Positions 30,893 through 39,576 of a stretch of 64,000 nucleotides of DNA are shown in pieces. Both the position numbers and the translations under genes were made by a program. How positions within the stretch are numbered: position 1 is the stretch's first letter; every line of letters begins with the position of its first letter. Origin of the DNA: Candidatus Omnitrophota bacterium (GTDB lineage Bacteria > Omnitrophota > Gorgyraeia > Zapsychrales > Zapsychraceae); contig JBFWOS010000001.1 in NCBI GenBank assembly GCA_050250375.1, positions 91,346 through 155,345 on the forward strand, written 5' to 3'. The notes beneath the pieces were generated by a model that was given only the letters and a program-made list of their open reading frames with translations, was not told where the DNA came from and searched no databases.

Positions 30893-31393
30893 CTATTTTG
30901 TTAAACTGGTTATTAATTTTTTCTCATGCGGATACCGCTCGGTCAGCTCATCCCGCCGGGCCGTCTTATAATCGTTAAAGTCAAACCCGGGGGCAACCGT
31001 GCATCCCATCAAGGCATATTTCCCGCCCCGCTTCAGGCGGCATCCCTGCCAGACCATCCGGGGGACCATTAATTGTACTTCGTGCCCGTTGAGGATATCG
31101 TGACCTAAAATATACCTCTGGGTCGATCCATCTTCGAATAAATGCAGCATCTCCACCGGGTCACCCAAATAAAAATGAAACGTTTCATCCGTTGGCAAAC
31201 GATGAATCGCGGAAAACGTCTTTGGAGTCAGTAAATAAAAAATGGTAGTTGAAAAATTCCTGGTCCCCTCGTAACGGGCCGGCAGGCCGACAACCGGGAT
31301 CATTTCTTCACTGCGGTAGGTTTCTAAATAATATCCGCCTTCCACCGGATGCGGCCTTAACCCCAACTGTTTGATAATTTGTTTTGCGTTCAT
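30893..31393 (-). CDS. Cupin, DUF985 family
   Basis: PHPVEGGYY, TIFYLL, GCTVAPGFDF. Confidence 0.9.
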   Translation of the reverse strand: MNAKQIIKQLGLRPHPVEGGYYLETYRSEEMIPVVGLPARYEGTRNFSTTIFYLLTPKTFSAIHRLPTDETFHFYLGDPVEMLHLFEDGSTQRYILGHDILNGHEVQLMVPRMVWQGCRLKRGGKYALMGCTVAPGFDFNDYKTARRDELTERYPHEKKLITSLTK

Positions 31394-31429
31394 GCGTTCC
31401 TCCCGTCAAATCAATCTTCATTTTTTATA

Positions 31430-33547
31430 TTAAGGGATGTACTGTTCCAAGGCCGGTTTCCACCGGCGATATCCCTCACGGTTCAGGTGAAGTCCGTCTG
31501 TAGTCCAGGCCGGATTAAGCTGGCCGTTCTGTTCATACGTCGGATACACATCAATATAAACGGCATGGTGTCGTTCAGCGGTTATTTTAAGATTCTGGTT
31601 AAATAAACGGATATCCGCATTGCTGATGGTGCGTTTATAAAATTTCATAAACTTTCCGTCATGCGTCGGCAGAAGACTATGAACATACAGTTCGGTATCC
31701 GGCAGCTGTTCCCGGATTTTACTGATTGTAAGGTCATATTGCGACAACATTTGATCCGCCGTCCCGGCGGACGGTTGGTCATTGATACCGACCATTAAAA
31801 AAATCTTTTCCGGATTTAATTTCGCGACCTCATCAAGGCGCCTGTAAACACCCGCTATTTTTTCACCGACAATTCCCAGGTTCAGAATCGCATCGTTATC
31901 CAAAAAACTGGCCCAGTCATTCAGGGCAAAAAAACTGTCCCCGATAAATACAATCGGCCTGCCGCTACGCGTTCTAAATCGTTTTTGTCCGGTCATATCA
32001 AACAGAAACGCCGCCGAATCTTTCAAGACAACCCCCTGCCGTCGTTCTCCGAAACGATTAAAATAATCCATGGTCAGTTTCACAGAAGGCCATTGCGGGT
32101 TAGAAAAAATCAGCCATACCCGGCCATGTTTTAAAAAGTTGTTAAGCGATGATTCCGTCACGGCAAGGGAGGATTGCACCCGGTTCTCACGGTACGCCCC
32201 GGACGCATCATAATTAAGCACCATTTGACTGATCGGTAGTTTTCGGCCTTGGTCGGACGGGATGATTGAATCCGATATTCCCCATAATGAAAAATGCCTG
32301 TTGTCCGGATTAAGCTCTCGCCTGTTCACATAATACACAAACGGATAAAACGCGTTCATGTTTAGGCAAACACCGTCGCCCGGTTTGTAATTCTTTTTAA
32401 AATATTCCATAACCTGCCTGTTCTGCTGCTGTTCCCTTCCGGAGAGAACCGCTTCTAAGGCTACCGTTATCGGCTGGGAAAGTAACATAAAACCGGCTAC
32501 CAGACTTACGACAAGTCCTGTTTTTCCGAATCGTTCGCCCAACCATCCCAGACCGGCCGCAACAAATATATAAATCATCGGACATAAAAATAAAATCTCC
32601 CGTCCGAAAACAGGGTACAGTTTAAAACAACCCATAATAAACACGATCAGAAACGGAATGATGATCAGGCTGAACCGTTCCATATTTTTGCGGGCCACGG
32701 CCTGAAGGCCGGTTAAGAAAGTAATGGATGCCACCAGGGGAAACTGGAAACCAGCCGGAAATTCAAACATCAGCTGTGAAATTTGAATCACCCAATCAAG
32801 CATGGCGGTAGACCAAAACGGGGCATTGCTAAACTTCCCCTTAATCGCCGACCAAACATAGTGGCTTTGGACCAAATGACTAAACGCCACGAGATAAAGG
32901 ACAATAAAACTGACCATCCAGACACTAATAACCCCGATGAAGGACGGTATCCTTTTGTAATATTTAAACGAAATAATCTGGTCAGCCAGGCAGAGTCCAA
33001 CAGAGACTAACACAAACAAGCTGATATTGGAAAACCAGATGACCGTCGCGCCTAAAACACTCAGCGTCAGCATACTTTTAGGATTGAACTCCAGCCGCCG
33101 GGCGTGTTCGAAATACAGCAGCAGAACCAAACACATCAATACATCGCTGGAATAGGGTTTAACCTCAGCTGCAAAATAAACCAACGCGTCAGAACAGGCG
33201 AACAGACCCAACGCGAGCAGTGCCGTCCTGGGCTTTAAATATAATTTGGCAAACTGAAGGAACAAAAACAATGAAATGACAGAGCAAATCAGCGGATACA
33301 ACCTGAGGGCATACTCGGACGGGCCGAATAAACCGACGACTAATTTTTCCACCAGATAAAATCCCAACGCGTCCAGCGATTGATCCGGAACAACTTGAAC
33401 GTAATAAAATATTTCCTTAAAGGACCGGCTCAGGATGCTAACGGCATATTTTGCCTCTTCTCCCCAGAGGGAGCGGTTTTCAAGAAAGTGCCAAAACCTC
33501 AATCCCAACCCAACGGCAATAATTAACCAATAATATACGTTACGCAT
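31430..33547 (-). CDS. GT-C (ArnT/PMT-like) membrane glycosyltransferase fused to SGNH/GDSL hydrolase
   Basis: RSLWGEE, SEYALR, EVKPY in multi-TM part; FIGDS, GIND, DGLH in C-terminal domain. Confidence 0.8.
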   Translation of the reverse strand: MRNVYYWLIIAVGLGLRFWHFLENRSLWGEEAKYAVSILSRSFKEIFYYVQVVPDQSLDALGFYLVEKLVVGLFGPSEYALRLYPLICSVISLFLFLQFAKLYLKPRTALLALGLFACSDALVYFAAEVKPYSSDVLMCLVLLLYFEHARRLEFNPKSMLTLSVLGATVIWFSNISLFVLVSVGLCLADQIISFKYYKRIPSFIGVISVWMVSFIVLYLVAFSHLVQSHYVWSAIKGKFSNAPFWSTAMLDWVIQISQLMFEFPAGFQFPLVASITFLTGLQAVARKNMERFSLIIIPFLIVFIMGCFKLYPVFGREILFLCPMIYIFVAAGLGWLGERFGKTGLVVSLVAGFMLLSQPITVALEAVLSGREQQQNRQVMEYFKKNYKPGDGVCLNMNAFYPFVYYVNRRELNPDNRHFSLWGISDSIIPSDQGRKLPISQMVLNYDASGAYRENRVQSSLAVTESSLNNFLKHGRVWLIFSNPQWPSVKLTMDYFNRFGERRQGVVLKDSAAFLFDMTGQKRFRTRSGRPIVFIGDSFFALNDWASFLDNDAILNLGIVGEKIAGVYRRLDEVAKLNPEKIFLMVGINDQPSAGTADQMLSQYDLTISKIREQLPDTELYVHSLLPTHDGKFMKFYKRTISNADIRLFNQNLKITAERHHAVYIDVYPTYEQNGQLNPAWTTDGLHLNREGYRRWKPALEQYIP

Positions 33548-33581
33548 GGCGGGTGAAAATCACCTTAATCAACTGGTTAAA

Positions 33582-34583
33582 CTAGTCGACCAACTCACGG
33601 TCCAGGTTCAGAATGGCTTCCTTAAGCCCGTAAACAACTTTGGTCATATTGTCAAAATTTAAAGTTTCGGCTTTATCGGATTGGCGATGATAATGGCGGT
33701 TACGCAAAAACGCCGTGTCCGTGACCATAACAGCCGGATAACCCATTTTCCAGAACGACCAGTGGTCGGAATAATAAATCCCTGGAACAAATTCGGGAGA
33801 GATAACCTTCTCGATGGGAAAATCACTTTTTTGTCTAAACCCACGGTAAAGAAAATTAGCGATGTGCCGGGATCGAAGGTTGCCTACGATACTGATAAAA
33901 TTCGCCTGGTTAGGATAAAATGGCCCTAAAAACGGCAGATAGCGCTGGGAGAATAAATCCTGGGAATAATACCCGATCATTTCCAAAATAACAGATCCCT
34001 TGATCCGTTCCTCCTTTGCCTTGGCCTGGCGGGTATAAACATAACTCCCCATATTAACGGTATGGAAAAAAGGCGGCTCTTCATTGACGAAGGCAATAAA
34101 CTTTACGGTATGATTTAAGCGGCTGTTCTTAAATTGTCTGGCGAGTTCCAGCAGACCGGCTACCCCGCTGGCATTATCATCCGCTCCCGGATTATAACAG
34201 GAATCGTAGTGAGCCCCTATAATTATGATTTCACCGGGATAGGTAACCCCCTGTTTAACGGCAATCAAATTTTTGTAAACCTTGCCGTCGATTTTATAGG
34301 ACATGACCTGCACAGGATACCCCAGTTCCGCAAATGACTGATAAATAAACGAACTGGCGTCTTCGAGGTTATCATAGTTGGCATGATTACGGACGCCTAT
34401 TTCCTCGGCAAGGATGTTCACAAAGTTTCGCAGCCGAATGGAAACAGCCTCCTCATCCCTGGTCATTTTAATCTGTTTTCTGTCCGAAGGTCTCCAGCCG
34501 AAGGTTGTCAGATAGATGAATCCAGGGATAACAAAAACCAGCCAGACGAGCATTATGAAAAACTTTTTATAGGGATAACCCAT
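33582..34583 (-). CDS. M28 family metallopeptidase
   Basis: GAHYD, GADDNASG, NEE, SDH, YH motifs. Confidence 0.92.
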   Translation of the reverse strand: MGYPYKKFFIMLVWLVFVIPGFIYLTTFGWRPSDRKQIKMTRDEEAVSIRLRNFVNILAEEIGVRNHANYDNLEDASSFIYQSFAELGYPVQVMSYKIDGKVYKNLIAVKQGVTYPGEIIIIGAHYDSCYNPGADDNASGVAGLLELARQFKNSRLNHTVKFIAFVNEEPPFFHTVNMGSYVYTRQAKAKEERIKGSVILEMIGYYSQDLFSQRYLPFLGPFYPNQANFISIVGNLRSRHIANFLYRGFRQKSDFPIEKVISPEFVPGIYYSDHWSFWKMGYPAVMVTDTAFLRNRHYHRQSDKAETLNFDNMTKVVYGLKEAILNLDRELVD

Positions 34584-34635
34584 ACGTTAGAAAAATCATC
34601 CGGCCTGCATCTTCAAAGCCGGGATTTAGTGTATT

Positions 34636-35046
34636 TTATAATTTTTGTGAATCAGGAATATCCTTACGGACAAACCCCATATGCAGGGTAAAATGTTCTT
34701 TATCATTCCACGGCCAGAACATGGCGATGGCAATCAGGTCCTGGTCAAGCGCGTTGACGAATAATGTCTGAAACTCATTGATCCCTCCGTATGAGTGCGT
34801 CAATCTCATATCATCTTCAGACGGTTTCTGACCGGACATCTTCTTAATACCGCCGTAATCCGTTTCAAAAATGCTTTGCCATTCCTGGAGCTCAGACTGA
34901 TAAACCACCAATTCGATCTTTTCAAACGTAAAACTGCGTTTATCGTGAACCGCCAGTCCTTTTTTCTTGGATTTCTGCATGGTATTGACCATCCATGCCT
35001 CCATTTTTATTTTCTGTTCCTTGCTATATTCCTGAAACTCCACCAT
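34636..35046 (-). CDS. Hypothetical protein
   Basis: ORF with SD AAGGAG. Confidence 0.75.
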   Translation of the reverse strand: MVEFQEYSKEQKIKMEAWMVNTMQKSKKKGLAVHDKRSFTFEKIELVVYQSELQEWQSIFETDYGGIKKMSGQKPSEDDMRLTHSYGGINEFQTLFVNALDQDLIAIAMFWPWNDKEHFTLHMGFVRKDIPDSQKL

Positions 35047-35094
35047 ACAAACTCCTTTGCTTCGCTAATTTATATGTTATCCTGAAACATCATT

Positions 35095-35337
35095 CTATTT
35101 TTCTCCCGTGAAACGAAACCGCGGGATCACTTTTCCATCCACCTGAACACTCTCAATAAACATGGCTAACGGCCTGACCCATAAGTTATGATCGTCAGAA
35201 TTTTTCTTATTTAATGCCTTGTAAACCACCATCCACTCTTCCGTCTCACTGTGTCTGGCCAAATTAACCACTTCATATTTGTTCCCTTTATAGTGTTGAT
35301 AAATACCGTTCTTTAATCGAGGATATTGTTGGTCCAT
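35095..35337 (-). CDS. DUF1653-family protein
   Basis: GIYQHYKG, ARHSET, WVRPLAMF, RF motifs. Confidence 0.9.
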   Translation of the reverse strand: MDQQYPRLKNGIYQHYKGNKYEVVNLARHSETEEWMVVYKALNKKNSDDHNLWVRPLAMFIESVQVDGKVIPRFRFTGEK

Positions 35338-35703
35338 TTATGAAATCACCTGTTCAATGGTATTAATCAACGTAAGAAAATCCTCCCGCATGGGGCAAAA
35401 ACACTCAATAAAATGTTCCTGCGCTTTTATCATTTCTTGCGGGGAAACCTGGTCGGCTAAAAGAATGATCCGTAATTGCGGACAGTTCATTCTGATCTTT
35501 TTTAATTTTCCATAAAGGGCTGTATCCGGGTATTCCTTATCAACTAAAAAAATATCCACGGGGTTAGTTTTTAAAACAACCCCGGCCTCATCCAAAGTAT
35601 GCACCTTCCTGCAAAAATAGCCAAAATTCGCCGCTTCCAGAACATCGATCAGCACTTGAGTTTCTTCGCAAATTTTTGATAAGAGCAGAATGGATTTATT
35701 CAT
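35338..35703 (-). CDS. Degenerate receiver-like domain protein
   Basis: Start MNKSILLL abuts the upstream stop; PVDIFLVD, IILLA; lacks acidic pair and conserved Lys. Confidence 0.65.
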   Translation of the reverse strand: MNKSILLLSKICEETQVLIDVLEAANFGYFCRKVHTLDEAGVVLKTNPVDIFLVDKEYPDTALYGKLKKIRMNCPQLRIILLADQVSPQEMIKAQEHFIECFCPMREDFLTLINTIEQVIS

Positions 35704-35704
35704 T

Positions 35705-36814
35705 TTATTCAGCAATAAAATCAGGGTCGCCCACATGTTGTCCGATGTCAGACCCCATTTGGTCAGAAGAAATACTTGGATCATTGAAATACTGATAATG
35801 CTCAACGATCAACCCAATATCCGGACGCCCGCTTTTTATAGATTTAATCGTCCGATCATTCAATTCTTCCATCATTTCAATATTCTCGATTAATCCAAAA
35901 TCAACATGCTTTATGCCAACGACTCTTCCAGATAGATCAACCCCAACAATGGACATAAATGTCTCCCCGGTGTCCTTAGTTAATCCATAGTGTCTGGATA
36001 ATAAAAGATTGTTGAGCGCTTTACTTGACCGGCAATACCGGACGTCATTCGGTGAAACCGTCATATGCAGCGTCCGCACTCCAATCCTGTCTGCTATTTT
36101 CTCTGCGAGTCCCGATGGTTCCTTAATAGGATGAATGTGCGCTGAGGCGATTTCGTAAAACCCCTGCATTTCCGTAAAACAATTTTCCAAAAGTACCGGA
36201 ACAATGAACCCGGGCATAAAGAAAAACGTATCGGAACAACCCACGGCACCGTTTTGGTTGATTTTATAGGGAAATACTTTCATGGTTATCGATCGGCGAT
36301 TATGTTGAAGCTTCTTCACGAAAGCTTCCTGACACTGATTAATTCTTTTCACCCACTGTCGCTCATCCATGTTTGGACCGAATCCCATTAAAGACAATCT
36401 GGCCTGGTCATCCGGGCCGATAAATTCCCAAATATCCTTATTAAAATATGTATCTTTATGCGCCACGACCAATGAAATATCCCGTCGATGATCTTCCATT
36501 TCTTCGAAAACACTTGATAATTGAAAATATAAATGCTTCCGCCAGACATCCGTCAGCATCGTAACCCGGGGATAAAAACGCTCGGAATGCTGTCCCAATT
36601 TAAAATCCGGCTGCGCGATGGAAAAGATGGTTTCAGGAAAGACAAGATGTGTCAACCTGTTTCTCACCTCGTTTCTAGGGCGGATCATGACCGCGCCAAA
36701 TTCACAAAACATGGACCGCATCTGTCCGTTGGCATGAATCCGCGGAAAACGGTCGAGTTCTTGCTGAAACAGACGTTTAATATCAGAATCATTCTTAAAC
36801 CGGTGAAGTTTCAC
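35705..36814 (-). CDS. Hypothetical protein with JAB/MPN-like motif
   Basis: EFGAVMI ... SAHIHP ... SPND ... SIVGV. Confidence 0.6.
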   Translation of the reverse strand: MKLHRFKNDSDIKRLFQQELDRFPRIHANGQMRSMFCEFGAVMIRPRNEVRNRLTHLVFPETIFSIAQPDFKLGQHSERFYPRVTMLTDVWRKHLYFQLSSVFEEMEDHRRDISLVVAHKDTYFNKDIWEFIGPDDQARLSLMGFGPNMDERQWVKRINQCQEAFVKKLQHNRRSITMKVFPYKINQNGAVGCSDTFFFMPGFIVPVLLENCFTEMQGFYEIASAHIHPIKEPSGLAEKIADRIGVRTLHMTVSPNDVRYCRSSKALNNLLLSRHYGLTKDTGETFMSIVGVDLSGRVVGIKHVDFGLIENIEMMEELNDRTIKSIKSGRPDIGLIVEHYQYFNDPSISSDQMGSDIGQHVGDPDFIAE

Positions 36815-36844
36815 ACTTACTCTTGCCTTTACTCGATAAAATGT

Positions 36845-37159
36845 CTATTGTGCGGGAGGTTGTTTAGTATAATCGATGGGATGTCCGTATTTTTTATAAT
36901 TTATTCCGACTGTATCCATATCTGTCATCAGTGGACCATGAAATCCAAACGGGGTTACTTCAAAAAAGGCATCCACCAGGTCTTTTTCAATAACGAGAGT
37001 TCGGTTACTTTTCTTAGCCATATCTTTCGCTTTCTTGGCAACGGGGATTTCAACCATCGGCCGTGCAAAAAACGGCATCTTGTTCAACATTTTCTCAAAC
37101 TTGACCATGGTCGCCTCTTCCCATTCGATCTTAGCGTTTTGTTCGTCTTTATTTTCCAT
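36845..37159 (-). CDS. PCP_red-like small helical domain protein
   Basis: W.E....F.KML.KMPFFAR....A pattern; ATG 37159 follows GAAAGGAAGG. Confidence 0.7.
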   Translation of the reverse strand: MENKDEQNAKIEWEEATMVKFEKMLNKMPFFARPMVEIPVAKKAKDMAKKSNRTLVIEKDLVDAFFEVTPFGFHGPLMTDMDTVGINYKKYGHPIDYTKQPPAQ

Positions 37160-37389
37160 ATCCTTCCTTTCGGTCGTATTTACAGGCAATACTTCTTTAT
37201 TGTAGCGAAATTAGAATTGATATCAACCTCTTTTAAATCTGATGCCGTTTGTTAATGCATCTTCATTTTAATGCCGCATTTTTATTTTTTGTCGGAAAAA
37301 GACTGGCAATATTTAAGGACAATGAGTATAATCGTATTTACATTTAACTTGTTTAGACCCTTGTAACAGAAAGTTGTCACCCTTTCATT

Positions 37390-39558
37390 ATGGAATCCAG
37401 AGTAATCCCCATATTCAGCAATAAAGGCGGTGTCGGAAAAACGTTTGTCGCGGTTAACTTAGCGGCTACCCTCGCCCTGTTGAAACGCAAAGTTTTATTG
37501 CTCAATCTCGATCTCCAGGCCGGACATGATATGGCCATTAATTTGAATGTGACCCCGGAACAATCATTGGCCCATCTCATTCCCGAGATGAAAAAAACTG
37601 AACAGTTCAGTCTTGAAACAATCAAAAAATTCCTGGTTCCGCATTCATCCGGATTTGATTTCTTAACGGCCATCACCGACCCACAGCAAATCAACTCAAT
37701 CCATCCGGCCGATGTTAAAATATTCCTGAATAAAGTCAACGTCCATTACGATTTTATCATTGTCGATTTAGGCGTTTCGTTCAATGAGTTGGTAATCACT
37801 GTCCTCGATAATTCTGATGCGATCCTGCTCTTGGCCACACCGGATGTTCTGGCCGTCTATCAATTGGCCTGGTGTATTAAAACCCTGCAGGAAATGCATT
37901 TTTCACTGAAAACAGTAAAGCTGGTCCTCAACCGGGCAGAAAGCCAGGGCGGCGTCGGCTGGAAAGAAGTCCGGGCGGCCCTGGATATTGACATTATCGG
38001 ACGGATCCCCTCCGATGGGAAGGCCGTTGGAAAGGCCCTTGAATTGGGAATCCCGGCCGTTGAAGAAAATCCTCGGGGAACAATCGCGGACGGCTTTAAA
38101 AAATTAGCGGCTGAACTTTTCAAAAAAGATATTTATTTACCGAAGTCCGAGGCCAAACAGCGAAACATGCAGTCGGAAAAAATTGAAACCCTGGCCGCCC
38201 AGGACGCGATTGTTGAATTTAAGGAAGGTGAAACCAAAGAACCGCCCAAACAAGATGACATTTTCAAAAACGCCGACTATACCAAAATTAAAATTAGTAT
38301 TCAGAAAAAACTGATTGACCGTCTTGAGATGAATTCCCTGACACCCGAACATTTCACCGACCCTAAAAAAGCCCAAGAACTAAGAGAATCCGCCAAACAA
38401 TTGATCAATACTATCCTGTTGGAAGAAGGCGGGAAATATGCCTCCTCCCTGGAAATTCGTACCCGGACCGTAAATGAAATCGTTAAAGAAACGTTTGGGC
38501 TGGGGATCCTCGAGGAAATCATGGAAGACGTCAACGTCGAAGAAGTCATGGTCAACGGCAGCCAGGAAATATATATCGAGAAAAAAGGTGAAATCACCTT
38601 AACCGAACATAAGTTCATTTCTGACCAGCATCTCAGGGCTATTATTAACAGGATCATCGCGCCTCTCGGCCGGCGTCTGGACGAATCTTCTCCGATGGTC
38701 GACGCCCGACTTCAGGACGGTTCCCGGTTCAATGCGATTATTCCACCGGTCTCCTTATCCGGCCCATGTGTAACCATCCGGAAATTTGCCGCTGAAAAAC
38801 TGACGGTCGATCATATTGTCTATAAATTTAATACCCTGTCCGAACAGATGAACAATTTTCTGCATGCGTGTGTCCTGGGCCGGATGAATATCATTATCGC
38901 CGGAGGTACCGGTTCCGGAAAAACAACTCTTTTAAACGTCCTGTCTGAATTTATCCCGGACGATGAACGCATCATCACCATAGAAGACGCGGCCGAGTTA
39001 AGTCTGCAAAAAGAACATTGGTGCCGGCTGGAAGCGCGCCCGGCCAACGTCGAAGGCGTCGGTGAAATCTCCGTTCGCGATCTGTTCGTTAATACCTTGC
39101 GTATGCGGCCTGACCGTATTGTCATCGGTGAATGCCGGGGGCCGGAAGTATTGGATATGCTCCAGGCCATGAACACCGGCCATGACGGCTCTATGACCAG
39201 CCTTCACGCTAACTCGGCCCGGGATGTCCTCATCCGCATGAGTTCCATGATCCTTTTAAGCGGGATCGAACTGCCCATGCGGGCCATTAATGAAATGATT
39301 TCTTCGGCGATCAATATCATCGTCCACATGGCGCGTTATACGGATGGTTCGCGCAAAGTCACAGGGATCTCGGAAATCGTCGGCCTTGATAATGACAGTG
39401 AACTGGATCTTAAAGAAATCTTTTTTTTCAATCAAACCGGCCGCGATGAGTCGGGCGTCATCCACGGCCAGTTTCAGAATTCGAATTATATCCCCAAATG
39501 TGCCGATGAACTGATTAAAAAAGGGGTCAAAATCGATTTGTCCATGTTTAAATCTTAG
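37390..39558 (+). CDS. MinD/CpaE(TadZ)-like ATPase fused to CpaF/TadA ATPase, copy 1
   Basis: N-term KGGVGKT; C-term PMVDARL.DGSR, GGTGSGKTT, MRPDRIVIGECRG, NTGHDGS, LHANS. Confidence 0.9.
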   Translation: MESRVIPIFSNKGGVGKTFVAVNLAATLALLKRKVLLLNLDLQAGHDMAINLNVTPEQSLAHLIPEMKKTEQFSLETIKKFLVPHSSGFDFLTAITDPQQINSIHPADVKIFLNKVNVHYDFIIVDLGVSFNELVITVLDNSDAILLLATPDVLAVYQLAWCIKTLQEMHFSLKTVKLVLNRAESQGGVGWKEVRAALDIDIIGRIPSDGKAVGKALELGIPAVEENPRGTIADGFKKLAAELFKKDIYLPKSEAKQRNMQSEKIETLAAQDAIVEFKEGETKEPPKQDDIFKNADYTKIKISIQKKLIDRLEMNSLTPEHFTDPKKAQELRESAKQLINTILLEEGGKYASSLEIRTRTVNEIVKETFGLGILEEIMEDVNVEEVMVNGSQEIYIEKKGEITLTEHKFISDQHLRAIINRIIAPLGRRLDESSPMVDARLQDGSRFNAIIPPVSLSGPCVTIRKFAAEKLTVDHIVYKFNTLSEQMNNFLHACVLGRMNIIIAGGTGSGKTTLLNVLSEFIPDDERIITIEDAAELSLQKEHWCRLEARPANVEGVGEISVRDLFVNTLRMRPDRIVIGECRGPEVLDMLQAMNTGHDGSMTSLHANSARDVLIRMSSMILLSGIELPMRAINEMISSAINIIVHMARYTDGSRKVTGISEIVGLDNDSELDLKEIFFFNQTGRDESGVIHGQFQNSNYIPKCADELIKKGVKIDLSMFKS

Positions 39559-39576
39559 ACCAAAAAAAGAATTCTT

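Noticed and set aside
12400-31000. AT-richer segment as a genomic island
   Set aside because: It contains housekeeping genes, with no mobility genes or boundary repeats; the shift was not quantified.
36845-37159. Photosynthesis implied by the PCP_red-like domain
   Set aside because: The small domain occurs widely outside phototrophs, and no bch/chl genes are present.
37304-37332. sigma70 promoter for the Tad fusions
   Set aside because: TATAAT is present but the -35 (TGGCAA) is poor; not enough to call.
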